A stretch of DNA of 64,000 nucleotides from Gnetum montanum. Taxonomy: Eukaryota > Plantae > Gnetophyta. The DNA is taken from contig MNCI01001077.1 of the NCBI GenBank assembly GCA_015680685.1, positions 253,627-317,626 of the forward strand, in the 5' to 3' direction. The notes below the pieces were generated by a model. That model saw only the letters and a program-made list of their open reading frames with translations. It had not been told where the DNA came from and made no database searches. Within the stretch, counting starts at the first letter, position 1; the number at the start of each line of letters is the position of its first letter. The position numbers and the translations under genes were made by a program. Below are positions 22,598 through 36,244 of the stretch, piece after piece.

Positions 22598-24445
22598 TGA
22601 AACACCCTATATTTTCAAGGCATTCTTGCTTCACCAGGTCCTTGGAATTTAGGTAGCGTCATGAAAATTTGGGAGGAAATGGATGTTCTAAGTTCATATT
22701 GTCCAGTTTGGCAAGTTTTCTACACCCAGTGTTGACAGGCCCAATGGACTCTCCGGCCTGCCCACTTGGGTAGTTCATCTAGCTAACAGTCTACTAAGAA
22801 GTAATGCATGGGGTTGTTGATGGTGTTCAAGATGCACAAAATAGTTTGAAAATTTTTCTAGTCAAGACATTTGCTACACTATGTAGTGTAGTAGGCCTTG
22901 CAAGATAGTTGTTCAGGAAATCAACTATGAACTGTTGCAAGACAAAGTGCTACACTGTGCTACGCTATGCAGCGTAGCACAATGTAGAAAAAGCAAGACA
23001 GAAAGGCCCAGCTTACTTAGTAATTTCAATTTCACTCAGCAAGCACTTTTGGCCTTCAAAACCAGTTGGTTTTCTCAACTTCAAGTCCTTTAGCAAAGCT
23101 CCCCTTACTAGAAAAGTAGCAGATTAAGCAATAAGTAGGCTATGTTGGTTGCTACACTATGCAGTGTAGCATAGCATGACAATGATGCCAGAATGACAAA
23201 AGGCATCTCAAAATGTAGGATTAGCATGTTCAAAGGATTCAAATCATACAAAACAAAGGTTGCAGATTGTCAACGTGATCATTAGAAAAAATTTTACAAC
23301 TCAAGTGCAAATCACAGGTAAGGTTAGCTTCTACACTATGCTACTCTACGTAGCGAGCATAGCATAGCAAACATGCAGAACTAGCCAATACACTTCAAAG
23401 GCTTCTAGCACCTGCAATTAACTCCAATGCAAATTTATTCTTCAAATTGGTGGCTACGCTATTGTATGCTATATAACATAGCACAACGTAGTAAGGAGCT
23501 ATGTTACGCTAACAAGCTACACTCCATAGTGTAGCTGGCAGCTACGCTACATCGGTGTGCTTCACTCCTTGTCTGCATCATTGGCACACCTAACCCTGGT
23601 ACCTCCAATTTTGATAGTGTGATTGTAGCATGGAAGGATTTTCAATCAATCAGCTTTGCATGTTCATGTAGTACGGACATGTCAATACCTTGTGGGTCTA
23701 GGACATGTGGAATCCAAAGTGCATTTCTTACATGTTCCTAGCCCTATAAATACCCCGATGAGCAACATTCCAATGGTTTGCAAATCCATTAAAAAATTAG
23801 TTGTTAAGTTAGAAAAAACTGAGAAGGATTGGAAAAAATTGCAGCTATTGGAAAATTTGCAATTCCAGTGTTTGGAAAAAATCTTAGATTTTAGCAATTG
23901 CTAGCATTTTTTGTTGGAAAACTAGCAACCGAAAGAGCTTATGAACATTAAGCAATTGGAACTCTTGTTTGGCATTCTGTTAGCTCTTTTCTATTACCTT
24001 TGTGGCATTTTGCATCATTAGCTCTTGAATCCGCATTCAAGCATACAGTTGGCTTACTTTGAACATCTTGGTTACTTTTGGGATCTCTATGCTTTCCAGT
24101 GTCATGCAACCAATTGTATCCACTTTGACAAAGTAGAGTCATAGTCTTAAAGTGGTGCATTTATTAAATTTAGTTTACTTTATTCTCCTACTTATCATTG
24201 CATTTTACATCATTTTCATTTCCTTGCATATAATAATCATTATTTTCTGTTATAAACATTGTTTTCAAATTACACATTTGCAAAAGGTTTAGTGACATTG
24301 ATTAAGCCCTTGTCTAATTGACCAGACTATTCAGGGCATCCCATTTCCATTTTATCTAGCACGGGCCTCAAATGGATCTAGGTTTAAGACTATTTAACCG
24401 ACAACCTCTCGATGTTTCTAGCTACTGACGTTTTTGGTCGCTACA
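22598..24445 (+). mobile_element. 3' LTR of element A (~1.85 kb)
   Basis: TGAAACACCC...GGTCGCTACA; TATAAATA at 23745; 3' flank GCAAT. Confidence 0.9.
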
Positions 24446-24619
24446 GCAATGGCTAGGAAAAATGGTTCTGTAAGCAAGTGCACAACAATGGAAGAAGTGT
24501 GACAAGAGAAGAAAATCATACAAACTAGACCACCTAATTCTTCCATGGGAGAATCATCCATAGCTATAATTTTTAGGTAATTCATTCTATCCAATGGTTT
24601 GCTTTACTTCAGCCAATGC

Positions 24620-25200
24620 AAGCACTAGCATATTTTGTTTCTCTCAGCTTGACAAGCCAACATTTTTCATTTGAGATAGGCTACTATTTTTGAATTTTTT
24701 TAGACTAAAAAGAGAAGTGTTTTGGTTTTTTGAACTTAGGATAAGCTAACCTTTTCATTTTTCTTATTCTTAGAGACTAGCATTTTTCTATTTTTAGCCT
24801 TAGAGGCCTAGCCTTTTCCATATTCTCTAGCTTTGAAGAAAACATATTGTGGTTTTTTTCCCCTACAGCTAGCATATTTTGGTTTTCCTTAGCCTAGACT
24901 ACTAGCATTTTCATTGTTCACACCTAGAATAGACAACATTTTTAGTTTCCTCATCCTATAAGACTAATTTTTTCACTTTTCTAACATGTGAAACTAGCAT
25001 ATTTTGACAAAATATAGTGTGTTTGGTTCCTTAGCTTCAAAGGCTACTATAATTGATTTCCTAAGCATGAGAAACATCCAACATTTTTTTTCTAACTTAA
25101 GAAGCTAGTGCTTTGCTACTTTCTTGGACACCATGGGCCTCAATGTCCTAGATCTAACAACATTTTTTTGGCTTATTCTTAGCACTAGAGGCCCTTAAGT
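24620..25200. repeat. Degenerate ~35-40-bp tandem repeat (CTAGCATTTT...CTTAGC)
   Basis: Recurrent rctagcattttt and ttcttagc cores at roughly regular spacing. Confidence 0.55.
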
Positions 25201-27173
25201 TTCTATATCTTTGCCTTGCAACTATTTGATGAAATGTACAAGCTCACTTAATTTGGCTTATGATGTGTTCATTCTTAGGCTAACATCAAGGTTTAATTTG
25301 GCTTCTCTAATTATGTTATCTTATGTTAGTTTTCATTGTTTTTCTCTTTCTGTGTTGTTTATATATTATTTTATCATTTTTTTCATGTTCTAATGGTTGG
25401 TCAAAGTGTTTTCAAGCCTATGCTTAAGGAGATTCTTATTATTTTTCAGATGGTGAACATCTTCTATTGCATGGGAATGAATTTCCAAAATAATCATATG
25501 CTCGATATGATATTATACAAGAGAGCCCATGTATGGTTTAGGCCTTAGACCAAGGAGTTTCTACTATATAATTTTAGCATGATGCTATGGTCATACTTGG
25601 TTGTGGATGTCTCTACTATAATCATAGAGACGATATTAGTTGGATCCTTCAACTATATCCTAGAATATATTCAAGATGATCCTAAAGCTTGCATAGAGTT
25701 AGAGCATCATTGGACTACATACTTAATAGAGATTCATAAGATATATTGCATTTGGAATCTATTTTCTTACTCTTTGTTTAGTGCTAATAACACCATGTTG
25801 TTGATTCATAGGTCAAAAATTGTGTTCCAAAATCTTCTAGGTAACATTTACATGCTAGAAGGATAATTTTTTATATAATTTAACATGTTTATGTTTGATT
25901 TTATGGTTTTCTATTTGACTAGTTTTATTTTATCTATAGGTTTCATGTTCAAAGAGGAGGACTAGTTACAAATGGTTAGACCTTACTTCTAGCTCATGCT
26001 GCATTGAAGAAATTTACTCAAGGTGACAACATTACGGTATAGGTAATTATCCAACTTGATGTCAAAGTAGCCAGGTATAATATGAACTATTCATAAGTAC
26101 ATAAAAAATTTATAGCTACTAAGTGCATCCACAAGTTTTGAGATCTTCCACACTATGATGTGAGGGTCTCAATCCAACANGAAAGGGAAAATATAGCATA
26201 GAATGAAGGAAAAGATTCTAGTTACATAAGAATCTTTGAGACTTTTTTAAATTCTACTTCTAGTGGGACCTTATCCCTAGAGAAGTGCAAAATTGAGGAT
26301 GTGAACAAGTTTTATCCTATTTTTTATTCTAATTTCTTTCCTATTTTGTTATCCTAGAAGAAGATCATAAAACTACATTAGGCCTAGACAATGCAATAGG
26401 TAATCATGAATGCAGTTATGCTTGACTAGGTTATGTTGACACATTTTTACCATTCCGTGGAGCAACGATCTATTAAGAATACTATAGGCAAATGAGCATA
26501 TTCATTATTAGCACAAAACTCTATCGTACACATTTTTTAGGATGAATAAAGAAATGTTTCCTTCTAGATTATTTATATAGGATCAATTTCACTAGGCATG
26601 TAAGCTTTGGTACTTAAATGAAGATTGCCTTTCCTAGTGGAAAATTGAAGACATGTTTAGTTACTGTTGTAGGACATTGAAATCATTTAATGATTCCCCA
26701 TGTGATGCACTATGGAAGACTTGTCAGGAACTCAAGCTCATTAAAGCTTTATGTATCACAACCATGCAAATTTTAGAGAACAAAGCTTTTGTAAAAAGTA
26801 AACCTTGGCCATATTCTAGATTAATGGTAAGCTAAACAGAAGAAGAAAATATATTTATGGCACATGATGTTATATTAGAGAGGACTAGGGAGAAATATAT
26901 GCATAAAAGAATCACCTTAATCTCTCAATTTTAGAGGTTTCTCTAGACTGAAATCTTGAGTAGGCATCACATTTCAAGAGCTTAATCGAAGTTGGGAAGT
27001 TGTAGTGATTTCACTCATAAGTATTAGTTTTGTTATCTATAAGCTTCACTATTGCATCATCTTCATGAATCTAACAACCTCATAATTTTATAGGTTTTAG
27101 TTACAAATTAACCTGTTTAACATGGTTTGAAAGATTGCCTCTATAACCATCAAAATTCCATGCCTACTACACA

Positions 27174-27181
27174 TGGTATCA
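27174..27181 (+). other. Possible tRNA-iMet PBS of an old, unresolved LTR element into which the copia inserted
   Basis: ...CTACACA followed by TGGTATCA; only 8 nt match and no recognisable ORF follows. Confidence 0.3.
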
Positions 27182-27810
27182 TATCACAAACTCAAAGCTT
27201 AGCTTCTAAGAATTGATCATTGGGGATCATATATTCAAGTAATTATTAATGGATTTCTGTAATTGCGAGATAAGGTTACTATTGATGAAGAAGAAAGGCT
27301 TATTAATGTCCTAAAGACTATAGAGATTATTCAATTAATAGGGTAGGAAAGTGATCAATTGTCTAGAGTTCTTTATATAAATTCTTGAAGAAGGAAGGTC
27401 AATGAAATTTTGGAGAGATTCCCAAAACCCACTCTAAAATATAATCAATGTGTCCTAAAGAAAGTAGTGGCACTAGAAATGACTTGTACTGATAAACACT
27501 TCCAAGAAATATAGAGGATAGAAAATGTAGCTTTTGAATGGGTTTTTCATGCAAGAAAGGTGATTGATGATGATGGAGCATTAAAAATGGATGGTGTTTT
27601 CAATTAATATCAAATGGGAAAAGATTACTTGTATATTTTAGCAAGGAACTAGATTTCAAGGCATATAATGCTCTTTACTACATTTCTAGAAAACCAAATA
27701 ACAAATAGAAAGTAATGATTGCTTGGAATTGCTATAATGAATGGTATCATTTATATTTTATTAATCTTCTTGAGCTAGTTAAAAATGATGTGGATTCTAA
27801 GGGCCTTTTG

Positions 27811-28227
27811 TATCAACCTCTAAGGCTGTGCACTACTTACCTCAACTGAAAAAAAATCACAAAATAGAACAAAATAGGGGAAACTAAATTTTACATTCTT
27901 ATTCAGTTTAAATTGCCTTTAAATAAGCAAATGCATCAATAAGAAAATATCAACTATATCCTAATATGAAGTCACTGCTATAATAGTCAACCCTTTAACT
28001 TCTATAATGGTCGACCCTTCAACTTCTATAATGGCCAACCCTTCAATTTCTATAATGACTGACCCTTCAATTTCTATAATGACCAACCCTTCAACTTCTA
28101 TAATGGCAAACCATTAAACTTATGTAATAGTTGACCATTCAACTTCTAACAACTAAATCCCTAAGGATAGTTTCTAAAGACTAGGACAAACAAAAAAGGC
28201 ATGTTTAATAATTAAACACATTTAACA
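27811..28227 (-). repeat. Copia 3' LTR with ~7 copies of a 24-bp tandem repeat
   Basis: Matches 32315-32761; aacttctataatggtcgacccttc units at ~27975-28150; PPT complement ccttcccgtaaac at 28228. Confidence 0.9.
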
Positions 28228-28279
28228 CCTTCCCGTAAACTAAAAGTTAGTAAATTATCAATTTAACAACAATCATTTA

Positions 28280-31200
28280 ACATGTAGACTCCAAGATACT
28301 TTCTCAGCCTTTGGAATATTGATAACTTAAGGGGTTTAGTTAGAATATCAATGAGTTAATTTTCAGTCTTCCAAAACACCAAATCAATAACACCATCATT
28401 GCATAGATCGAACAAGAAGTGAAATCTCACATTAATATGCTTACTTCTTCCATGTAGCACAAGATTTTTGGATAACTTTATGGTGGAATTGTTGTCACAA
28501 AAATTTGTAGTAATCCACTCTTGGTTGAAATATAGCTCATTAAGAATTTTTCTTAGCCAAATAGCTTGGCAAGCATAAGATGTTGCAGCAATAAATTCAG
28601 CCTTTGTGGTTGAGAATGTAATAATTGATTACTTCTTAGATGGCCATGAAACAACCCCTATGTTCATCATAAAAACATATCTCGAAGTGCTCTTCTTATC
28701 ATCTTGATCTCCTTCATAATCACTATTAGTAAATCCCACAAATTCAGATTTCTTACCTTTCTTGTAAAACAACCCAAAATCTTTAGTCCCATGCAAGTAA
28801 TGAAATATTCTTTTAGTACCCAAGAAATTAATCTTCTTTGGAGACTTCATATATCTATTGATAATACTCATAGCATGCATTATATCAGGTTTGGTTCTAG
28901 TCAAATACATTAGACTCCAAACAATTTTCTTGTAAAGTGTACCCTTGACCTTGCTTCCTTTAGGATCTTTGTTTAGCCTCAAGCCAATCTCAATTGAAGT
29001 GTTTATAGGATTGTAATCCTTCATCTTAAACCTATCCAAAATTTCTCTTGCATACTTCTTTTAAGAAATAATGATTCCAATAGGGGATTACACTACTTCC
29101 ATGCAAAGATAGTAATGCATTTCTCCAATATTAGTCATTTCAAACTCATTCATCATTAACTTCTTCAATTTTTCAAATGAACCACTATCATTGCTAGTGA
29201 AAATAATATCATCAACATATAAACATACAATGAGAATGTTTCCTCCATCAATATTTGTAAAATGTGTATGCTCATATGGACATTTTTGAGATCCCTCCTT
29301 TGAAAAATAGGTATTTATATAACTATACCAAGCTCTTGAAGCTTGTTTTAGTTCATANGGGCACAAAACCATTGGTGTGAAGTGGGATCTTCAAAATAAA
29401 ACTAAAGGAGATTGGTGAAGTTAACAAGTATAAGGTGAAATTGGTGGCTAATGGATACAAGCAAGAATATGGGATTAACTATAAATAATTATTTTCTCCT
29501 ATTTCAAGGCATGATACAATTAGATTGATGATTACATTGGTAGCATAGAATTCATGGCCTATCTTCCAAATGGATGTCAAGTCTACATTCTTGCATGGAG
29601 ACTTGGAGGAACTAGNCTTTCAATGGATTCAATTTCATCCATCATTTTTATTTCTTCATTTTTATTATTTAATAGCACTTTCAAAATTTGTGGGATCATA
29701 ATTTACAAACAAAGCAAAGTGGATGATTGGGTGATCAAATTGGTTAATTCCTGCTACCTCATAATCCATTATCCATAAGGATCTTTCTCAAATATAGTGA
29801 GATTTAGATGCTACTACTATTAGTGAAGTCTTAGCATCCATAGTTCTTGGTGCTTCAACCTTCATTATTTTTGGGATTTCATCCTCCATAGTTCTTGGTG
29901 CTTCAAAGTCTGTAGTTCTAGATTTTGTAGTTTGGGTGTTACAGAGTCTACAGTTTCACTATAGAAAATAATTGAAGTATGTTGTTTCCCCTTCCAATTC
30001 CAACTGTTCTCTTCATTAAACATGACATCTCTACTAGTCACAATCTTCTTTTTCAAAGGATTATACAATTTATATGCTTTGGATACTTCACTTATACTAA
30101 GAAAGACACATTTTTCAGTCTTCTCCTCCAGCTTCTTCCTCTTCTCATCAGGGACATGTGCATAGGTAATGCAACCAAAGATTCTAAAGTGATTCACTAT
30201 TGGTTTCCTTCCACTCTAAGCCTCTTTTGGTATCATGTTTTGAATAGCAAAGGTGGAACTTCTATTCAAAACATGGATGATCCAATTAATAGCCTCCAGC
30301 CAAAAACTCTTTGGAATACTTCCTATTGCCAAGAGGCATCTCATCATATTGAGGATGGTTCTATTTTTCCTCTCTAATACACAAATTTTTATGGTGTATA
30401 AGGGGTTGTGAGATCTCTCTAAATGCCATGATTCTCACAAAAAACATCAAACTCTTTTCAACAATATTCTCCTTCATGATATGTAGGAAGATTCTTAATA
30501 ATCTTTCCAAACTCATTCTCAACATCTTCCTTGAAGCTTTTAAATGCATTAAAAGCTTTATACTTCTTCTACAAAAAATAAACCTAACTTTTTCAAGTAT
30601 AATCATCAATGAACATGATCAAATACCTCTTACCTCCACTTGAAGATGGTTTTATTAGCCCAAAAATGTTAGAGTGAAATAGCTCAAGGACATTCTTTGC
30701 TTTTCATGACTTTCTTAAAAGAATTGAGAACAATGTTTTTTACCAACAATACATTCTTCATAGACTCCAAAAGGAATTGTAATTTGAGGAAGACCAATCA
30801 TCATACTTTTCTATAGTAGAGTCTTTAATCCTCCAAAATTGAAGTGGCCATATCAAAAATGCCAAATTCATGTTAGGTGTTTTACTTCAACCTTTAGGCA
30901 AGATTGAGCACTTTCAATCCACAATGGAAATAATCTATTGGAACTCATTTGAACAACTATAATAGCTCCTCTTGAATGATCATAAATTTCACAAGCATCC
31001 TTCTAAATGATTATTACATAACCCTTCTATTACAATTGACCAACACTTAACAAATTTATTTTCAAATTAGGAACATAAAAAACATTGAAAATTGTTTCTA
31101 CAAAACCATTCTTTGTTCTAATGTTAATATCCCCTTTCCATTAAATTTACAGTAGAACAATCATCAAAAATTACTGTAGAATGAAAAATTTCACCTAAGT

Positions 31201-32195
31201 AAGGAAAATAGGACTTGAATCCACACATATGGTTGTTGTAGCCAGTATCTAGATACCATACATCTAACTAAGACTCTCAGTTGGCTTGAACCACCATCAA
31301 CAAAGGCTCACACTCCTTCTCTTCTATAAAATTTGATTTCTCTTCTTTCTCATTGGGTAGTCTAGTGTAGCATTTAGAATGATAGTGTCTATATTTATGA
31401 CATCTAAAGTAGTCCACCTTAGGTTTGTCAACTTTTCCTCTACCTTTCCCTTGAAATTTATTACTATTCCCTTTGAAATGTCTATTGCCATCTCTATTGC
31501 CTTGATCTCATCTTCCTCTACCTCTTCCTCTTGAGGAATAAGTAAATGTATAATCCTTTAAATCTTGCTCTTTAGAAGTTATTTTTTGATTCATCTTCTA
31601 GTCATGAACTGATAAAGAACTTTGAAGTTCATCAAGGAAGAATGCATCAACATCTTTGGATTCTTCAATTGCACAAACAACATAATCAAACTTGGGGGAT
31701 AGGGAGCATAATATTTTCTCAACAATAATTGCATCCTGCATATTCTCATCATGAAATCACATGTTATCAGCTATTCCCATTATCCTTCCATAAAATCTAG
31801 TAACAAACTTCCCATCTTTCATCTGTAGAGTCTCAAAATCCCTTCTCAAGGCTTAAAGCTATGCATGATTTACTCTTGAAGACCCCTGATATTTCTTCTT
31901 CATAGAATCCTGAATATCGTTGGAAGTTTATTTCTATGAATAGTATTCAAGATAGAACAATCAATTGCTTGAAATAAAAAAATTATTTCCCTTCAAATAT
32001 TATAGCCTTAGTCCCTCTAGCTCCTTTCTTTGTTCATTTGTGAGTTTAACCTCAACTGCGAATCATACTAAACCATCTTCAACAACTTGCCAATACTCCT
32101 TATACTTCAAGAAACCTTCCATCAACATGCTTCAGTGGTCATAGTGGCCATCAAAATGTTGGATGGTAGGCTATACAAAATTTTTTAGAGGCCAT
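28280..32195 (-). pseudogene. Copia gag-pol (decayed)
   Basis: FDGHYDH (gag N-terminus), CHKYRHYHSKC knuckle, WYLDTG..NHMCG (protease), FRIFGCITYAHVPDEKRKKL (INT), LKQASRAW and LYVDDII (RT), GFTNSDY..VSWPSKK (RH). Confidence 0.92.
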
Positions 32196-32303
32196 TTATG
32201 CACTACTATGCTCTTCTCTCTAGCCTCCTAAACTAGGTGCACTATTGTGCTTTTCACTCTAGCCTTATGAACTAGGCTTTCTCTTTAGCTTTCTGAGCTG
32301 AGA

Positions 32304-32313
32304 TTTGATACCA
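32304..32313 (-). other. Copia primer-binding site (tRNA-iMet type)
   Basis: Minus-strand TGGTATCAAA, one base after the 5' LTR end. Confidence 0.8.
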
Positions 32314-32314
32314 C

Positions 32315-32761
32315 TATCAACCTCTAAGGCTATGCACTTCTAGCCTATGCACTGCTATCCTCAATTGAGAAAAAAAAAACAACAAAACAAAACAAAATAG
32401 GGGTAAATAGAGGAAACTAGATTTCACATTTTTATTCAACTAATAATGGCCTTTAAATAGGAAAATAGATCAATGAAAAAATAGCAATTGAATCCTAATA
32501 TGAAGAAACTTCTATAATAATCAACCTTTTAACTTCTATAATAGTCAACCGTTCAATTTCTATAATGGCCAACCCTTCAACTTCTATAATGGTCGACCCT
32601 TCAACTTTTGTAACAATCGATCCTTCAACTTCTATAACAACAAACCCTTCAACTTTTGTAATAGATGGCCATTCAACTTCTAGCAATCAAATACCTAAGG
32701 ATAGTTCCTAAAGACTAGGACAAACAAAAAAGGCATGGTTACCAATTAAACACATTTAACA
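32315..32761 (-). repeat. Copia 5' LTR with 24-bp tandem repeats
   Basis: TGTTAAATGTG...GAGGTTGATA; ORF 32495-32686 is only the translated repeat. Confidence 0.9.
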
Positions 32762-33199
32762 GTCCATAGATGGAAAATGTTGTAGATACAGAATTCATTT
32801 ACCTAGCTTGCTACCCTCTAGAGATGGAGGAAAGTTGCATAGTTAATATCAGGGTCAAGGAAAATTATAATAAGTTGATATTAGATGGAGTTACTTCTTC
32901 TCATGAGTTATTGCAAGGACAATGATGTGAATCACAACAATAGTAGCAACACCATTCAAGATGCTGTCATGGGAATGACAGTTTAGGCTTTGAGAACTCT
33001 TGGCACCATTGTCATAGTGGCCACCTAGGCTCAAGTATAGGCTCAAGTGCTAGTAGACTAGTTTCAACATCATCAAAAATAGTATGATCATTGATAATAG
33101 ATGCTCACATTCAGTGGAAAGCATAGTGTTCCACAGAGAATGGTAGCCACTTACAATGTTCCACAAAGAATTTTAATTATCAAGGGAATATTTACTTCA

Positions 33200-35880
33200 A
33201 AATTTTTTGATTTCACAAATATTATATACATGCTTTGAGAAGAAATGGGATTTATGAACATTTTTCAAATACAAATTTCTATTCTATAGAAATTGAAACT
33301 TCTCATAGAAGTTAAAACTTCTTATGTTAGTTATAACAAGATCCCCTTAATATTTATAACTCTTCCTAATTTTGTAATTACCAAAAAGACACTTGTTAAC
33401 TATGGCTTGAATTTTTCATAACTTCTTATAGAAGTTATAACTTCTTATGGTAGTTATGAGTTAACATCCTAGATATTTGTAATTTACCTTAATCTTCCAT
33501 GATGATTGTAACTATCCAAAAACCACTATAAAAATGGCTCCAAGGATAGAATTAAAAAGGATGGATGAATAGAGGGGGTTTTAGGGAAGAAGATCAAAAA
33601 GAAATATATTGAAGAATATAAAGCAAGGCTTGCTAAAGGAATAAATTCAGCTACTTTTTTTTAATCCTGTGAGTTCCTTTTGTATCCCATTTTGTCTTAG
33701 CTACTTAGTTAATGGTTTAGATAGTATTATTCTTGGAATTTAATTTTGGGATTTTCTGATCACTCTTATAGCTTTGTTCTTTGTGCAGCACTAGACTTCT
33801 ATTCGATTTGCCATATAAGAGCTTATGTTATCTTAGAAAAGCATTTTGAGCAATTTAATAGTAATATCTTTATGAAATTGACTATTTGAGTCTAGAGGAT
33901 CTGGAAAATCTTTGATACTTTGAGATAACTAAAATAGCTTCATTTTTTAAAAGTTTATTCCCTTGATATTTCAATCTTGAAATTGTCAATTTTTTCTAAA
34001 GGCTCTATTATTTGTAATTCTCCACAACTATTAACTAGACAAATAAAAGCCTGTAATTTTTCATTTACAAAGTGTTTTGGTAGTCAAATAAGAGTTTCTT
34101 TTATGAAATTTCTTGTTGAGCTTAAAGGGTTTGGACAATTCATAATATTTAGATTGAATTGGAATAGCTTTACTGCAAACTATTTCCTAATGTCAATTTA
34201 TCTCACTTAAATGGTTGATATTTCATAAAAATCAACCTTTCTTTTCTTTTCTTTTCATAAATCCATTGAATCTCACTCTATTTCTAGTTTTCTTTTGGAA
34301 ATTTCTTTCTGGGAGAAATTAGAAGTAGATTTTGATAGAATTGTGCTCAAACATTTTTATGAAATTTTTTTTGTTTTAAGAAACATACTATAGGAACTAC
34401 ATAGACTAAATGACTTAACAAAATAAAAATCTTTAATGACTCACAGTATTTGACAAGGTTAGCTAAATTTTTGTTATAATAGCTAGTTACAATTTCTTAC
34501 ACAAACCGAACCATTTCAACAATCACAATAGCAAACACACATTTATGTTTAGTTTGCTCTATAATCACTAAGTTTATTTAGAGGTATCTAGGCCTTAGTG
34601 TTTCTAGAGACTATTAAGCACATAAACCATGTTCAAAGGGGTACCTTTGTTTTCCATGAACCTAGTCGTGTGACTGAAGCTGAAATGTTAGTAGCTGGAA
34701 ACAACCACCAATGGGTTGCAATTTTGGTTTCAAGGCTCTAAATAGAATTCTTGAAGCTTTGAAAGAAAATTTACTCTTTGTTTCATGTGCATTTTACTTT
34801 TTCTTATGGTATACTTGAGGGGCAAGATGGCACTCCCAAAAGCCAAACATCTATGATGAAGAAGCCCAAAACCTCATAGCCTCAAGATTTTACTTGTTTG
34901 ACCTCATTACAACCTCTAAAATCCATTTACCCCATTCTTCCATGCTAGAGTGACTCATCTAGCATGGGAATAGTGGGGAGACCTTAAGTTCCCTTAAACA
35001 ACCTTCAAACAAGCTTGAAATTAGCTAGAAACTTGCAAAATCAAAGTCTATAGTGCTAGGGGCCTAGAAACCTAGTAAAAGTGCCCCTAAATCACTCTAA
35101 CTTTATAAAATAAGTTTCTCCCTATTTTTCCATTTTTAGGATATTATTTATACCATGGAAAAAGGGTGGAAGTCATTTTGATAACTATTGACACTCAAAT
35201 TACCTCAAATTGCCTTAGAATGAAGCTAGAAGATGCACAAGTTCTACATCTAGACTCCAATTTCCTATTTGATCATATTTTTCCTTCTTTTGGCTTTGAT
35301 TTTTGTTCTCCATGCTAAATCACATCTTTTCCACACTGGCCAGCATGGAAACAAGTGGGGAAAGCTTCAGAACCTATTTTTTGACCTTTGTAGACCTCCA
35401 AAATGCTTAATTTTATGGGATACGATCATGCAATACCTTTTGAAGGTCCTCAAACCTAAATTTTGGACCTTCAAACATCCCAAAACATATTTAACTTAGT
35501 CTCCATACTAAGGGTCCTTATTTTCATCCTAAGCCTTGGATGAAAGCCTCAAAGCACTCGATTTTTGGGTCTAAACAACCTAGAAATAGCTCTAATTGAT
35601 GCCTAAACTTACCTAATAGCATTGTAGACTCAAAACATAGCCTGATAAGGCCTAAAACTAGCAAAAATCTAACCACTTTTGGCCTATATTAACCAAATTT
35701 ATGACATATAATCTATTTTTCTTAATATTTTCCTTATTACATAATGTGTAAGCTTGATTTTGGACTTATGTTGCACTAATGACATGGTTGACCTTCTATA
35801 GCTTGATATAGCCTTATATGTTTGTTGCTTGTCTTGTTATAGCTCTATTTACATTTTTCTGGTCTTTACATGGTATCAAA
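33200..35880. mobile_element. Unresolved LTR-like remnants, ending in CA plus a Met-type PBS at 35871
   Basis: GGTCTTTACA|TGGTATCAAA at 35861-35880; repeated AACTTCTTATAGAAGTT palindromic motifs at ~33295-33450; no coding signal. Confidence 0.35.
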
Positions 35881-35924
35881 TAGTGGGGTTTGACCTTCTC
35901 TAATAGCTATTTGACACCATATGA

Positions 35925-36010
35925 CAATGCCTTGCTAAACGTCTTAAACTAGCATCATAGTCCACCAAGATTATAAACTAGCATCATGGCCTATTAAGGA
36001 CCAAAGCTAG
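35925..36010 (+). repeat. Remnant of the pre-RT hairpin array of element B
   Basis: ttaaactagca; agtc-caccaa-gatt-ataaa-ctagca. Confidence 0.6.
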
Positions 36011-36244
36011 AAAAATGATGGCATTTATTGACCATTTTTAGCTTTATAATTCCCTTTTTTTGACCTTTATGTGATCTTTTTTCAGATCTATTTCACTTTA
36101 CTAAATTCACCTTATCTCACTAATGACCTTCGATGGCCTTGATTACATTAAAGTTGTATATGTTTTATGGCATTTTAACATTATTTATTAACTTTTAACT
36201 AGGTTCCACTTCATATGATTTTGGTTTATATGTATTATCAAAGT

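Larger units (their letters stand above)
7550..24445 (+). mobile_element. Element A: Tat-lineage Ty3/gypsy LTR retrotransposon lacking its 5' LTR and PBS
   Basis: Order is 5' UTR (7590-7650 resembles the post-PBS sequence of E at ~63870-63930), gag, protease, 6-kb spacer, RT-RH-aRH-INT, PPT, 3' LTR. Confidence 0.9.
27811..32761 (-). mobile_element. Ty1/copia LTR retrotransposon (~4.95 kb, short LTRs, Ivana/Ale-like size), decayed
   Basis: Two LTRs, PBS TGGTATCAAA, PPT, and gag-PR-INT-RT-RH order on the minus strand. Confidence 0.93.

Noticed and set aside
25400-27100. Short ORFs (25579-25866, 26653-26835) as a gene
   Set aside because: Stop-ridden with no recognisable motif; probably an old TE remnant.
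34669-34712. Short match to the reverse-complemented Tat LTR end (AAATGTTAGTAGCTGGAAACA)
   Set aside because: Only ~25 nt and the similarity does not extend; too weak to call.
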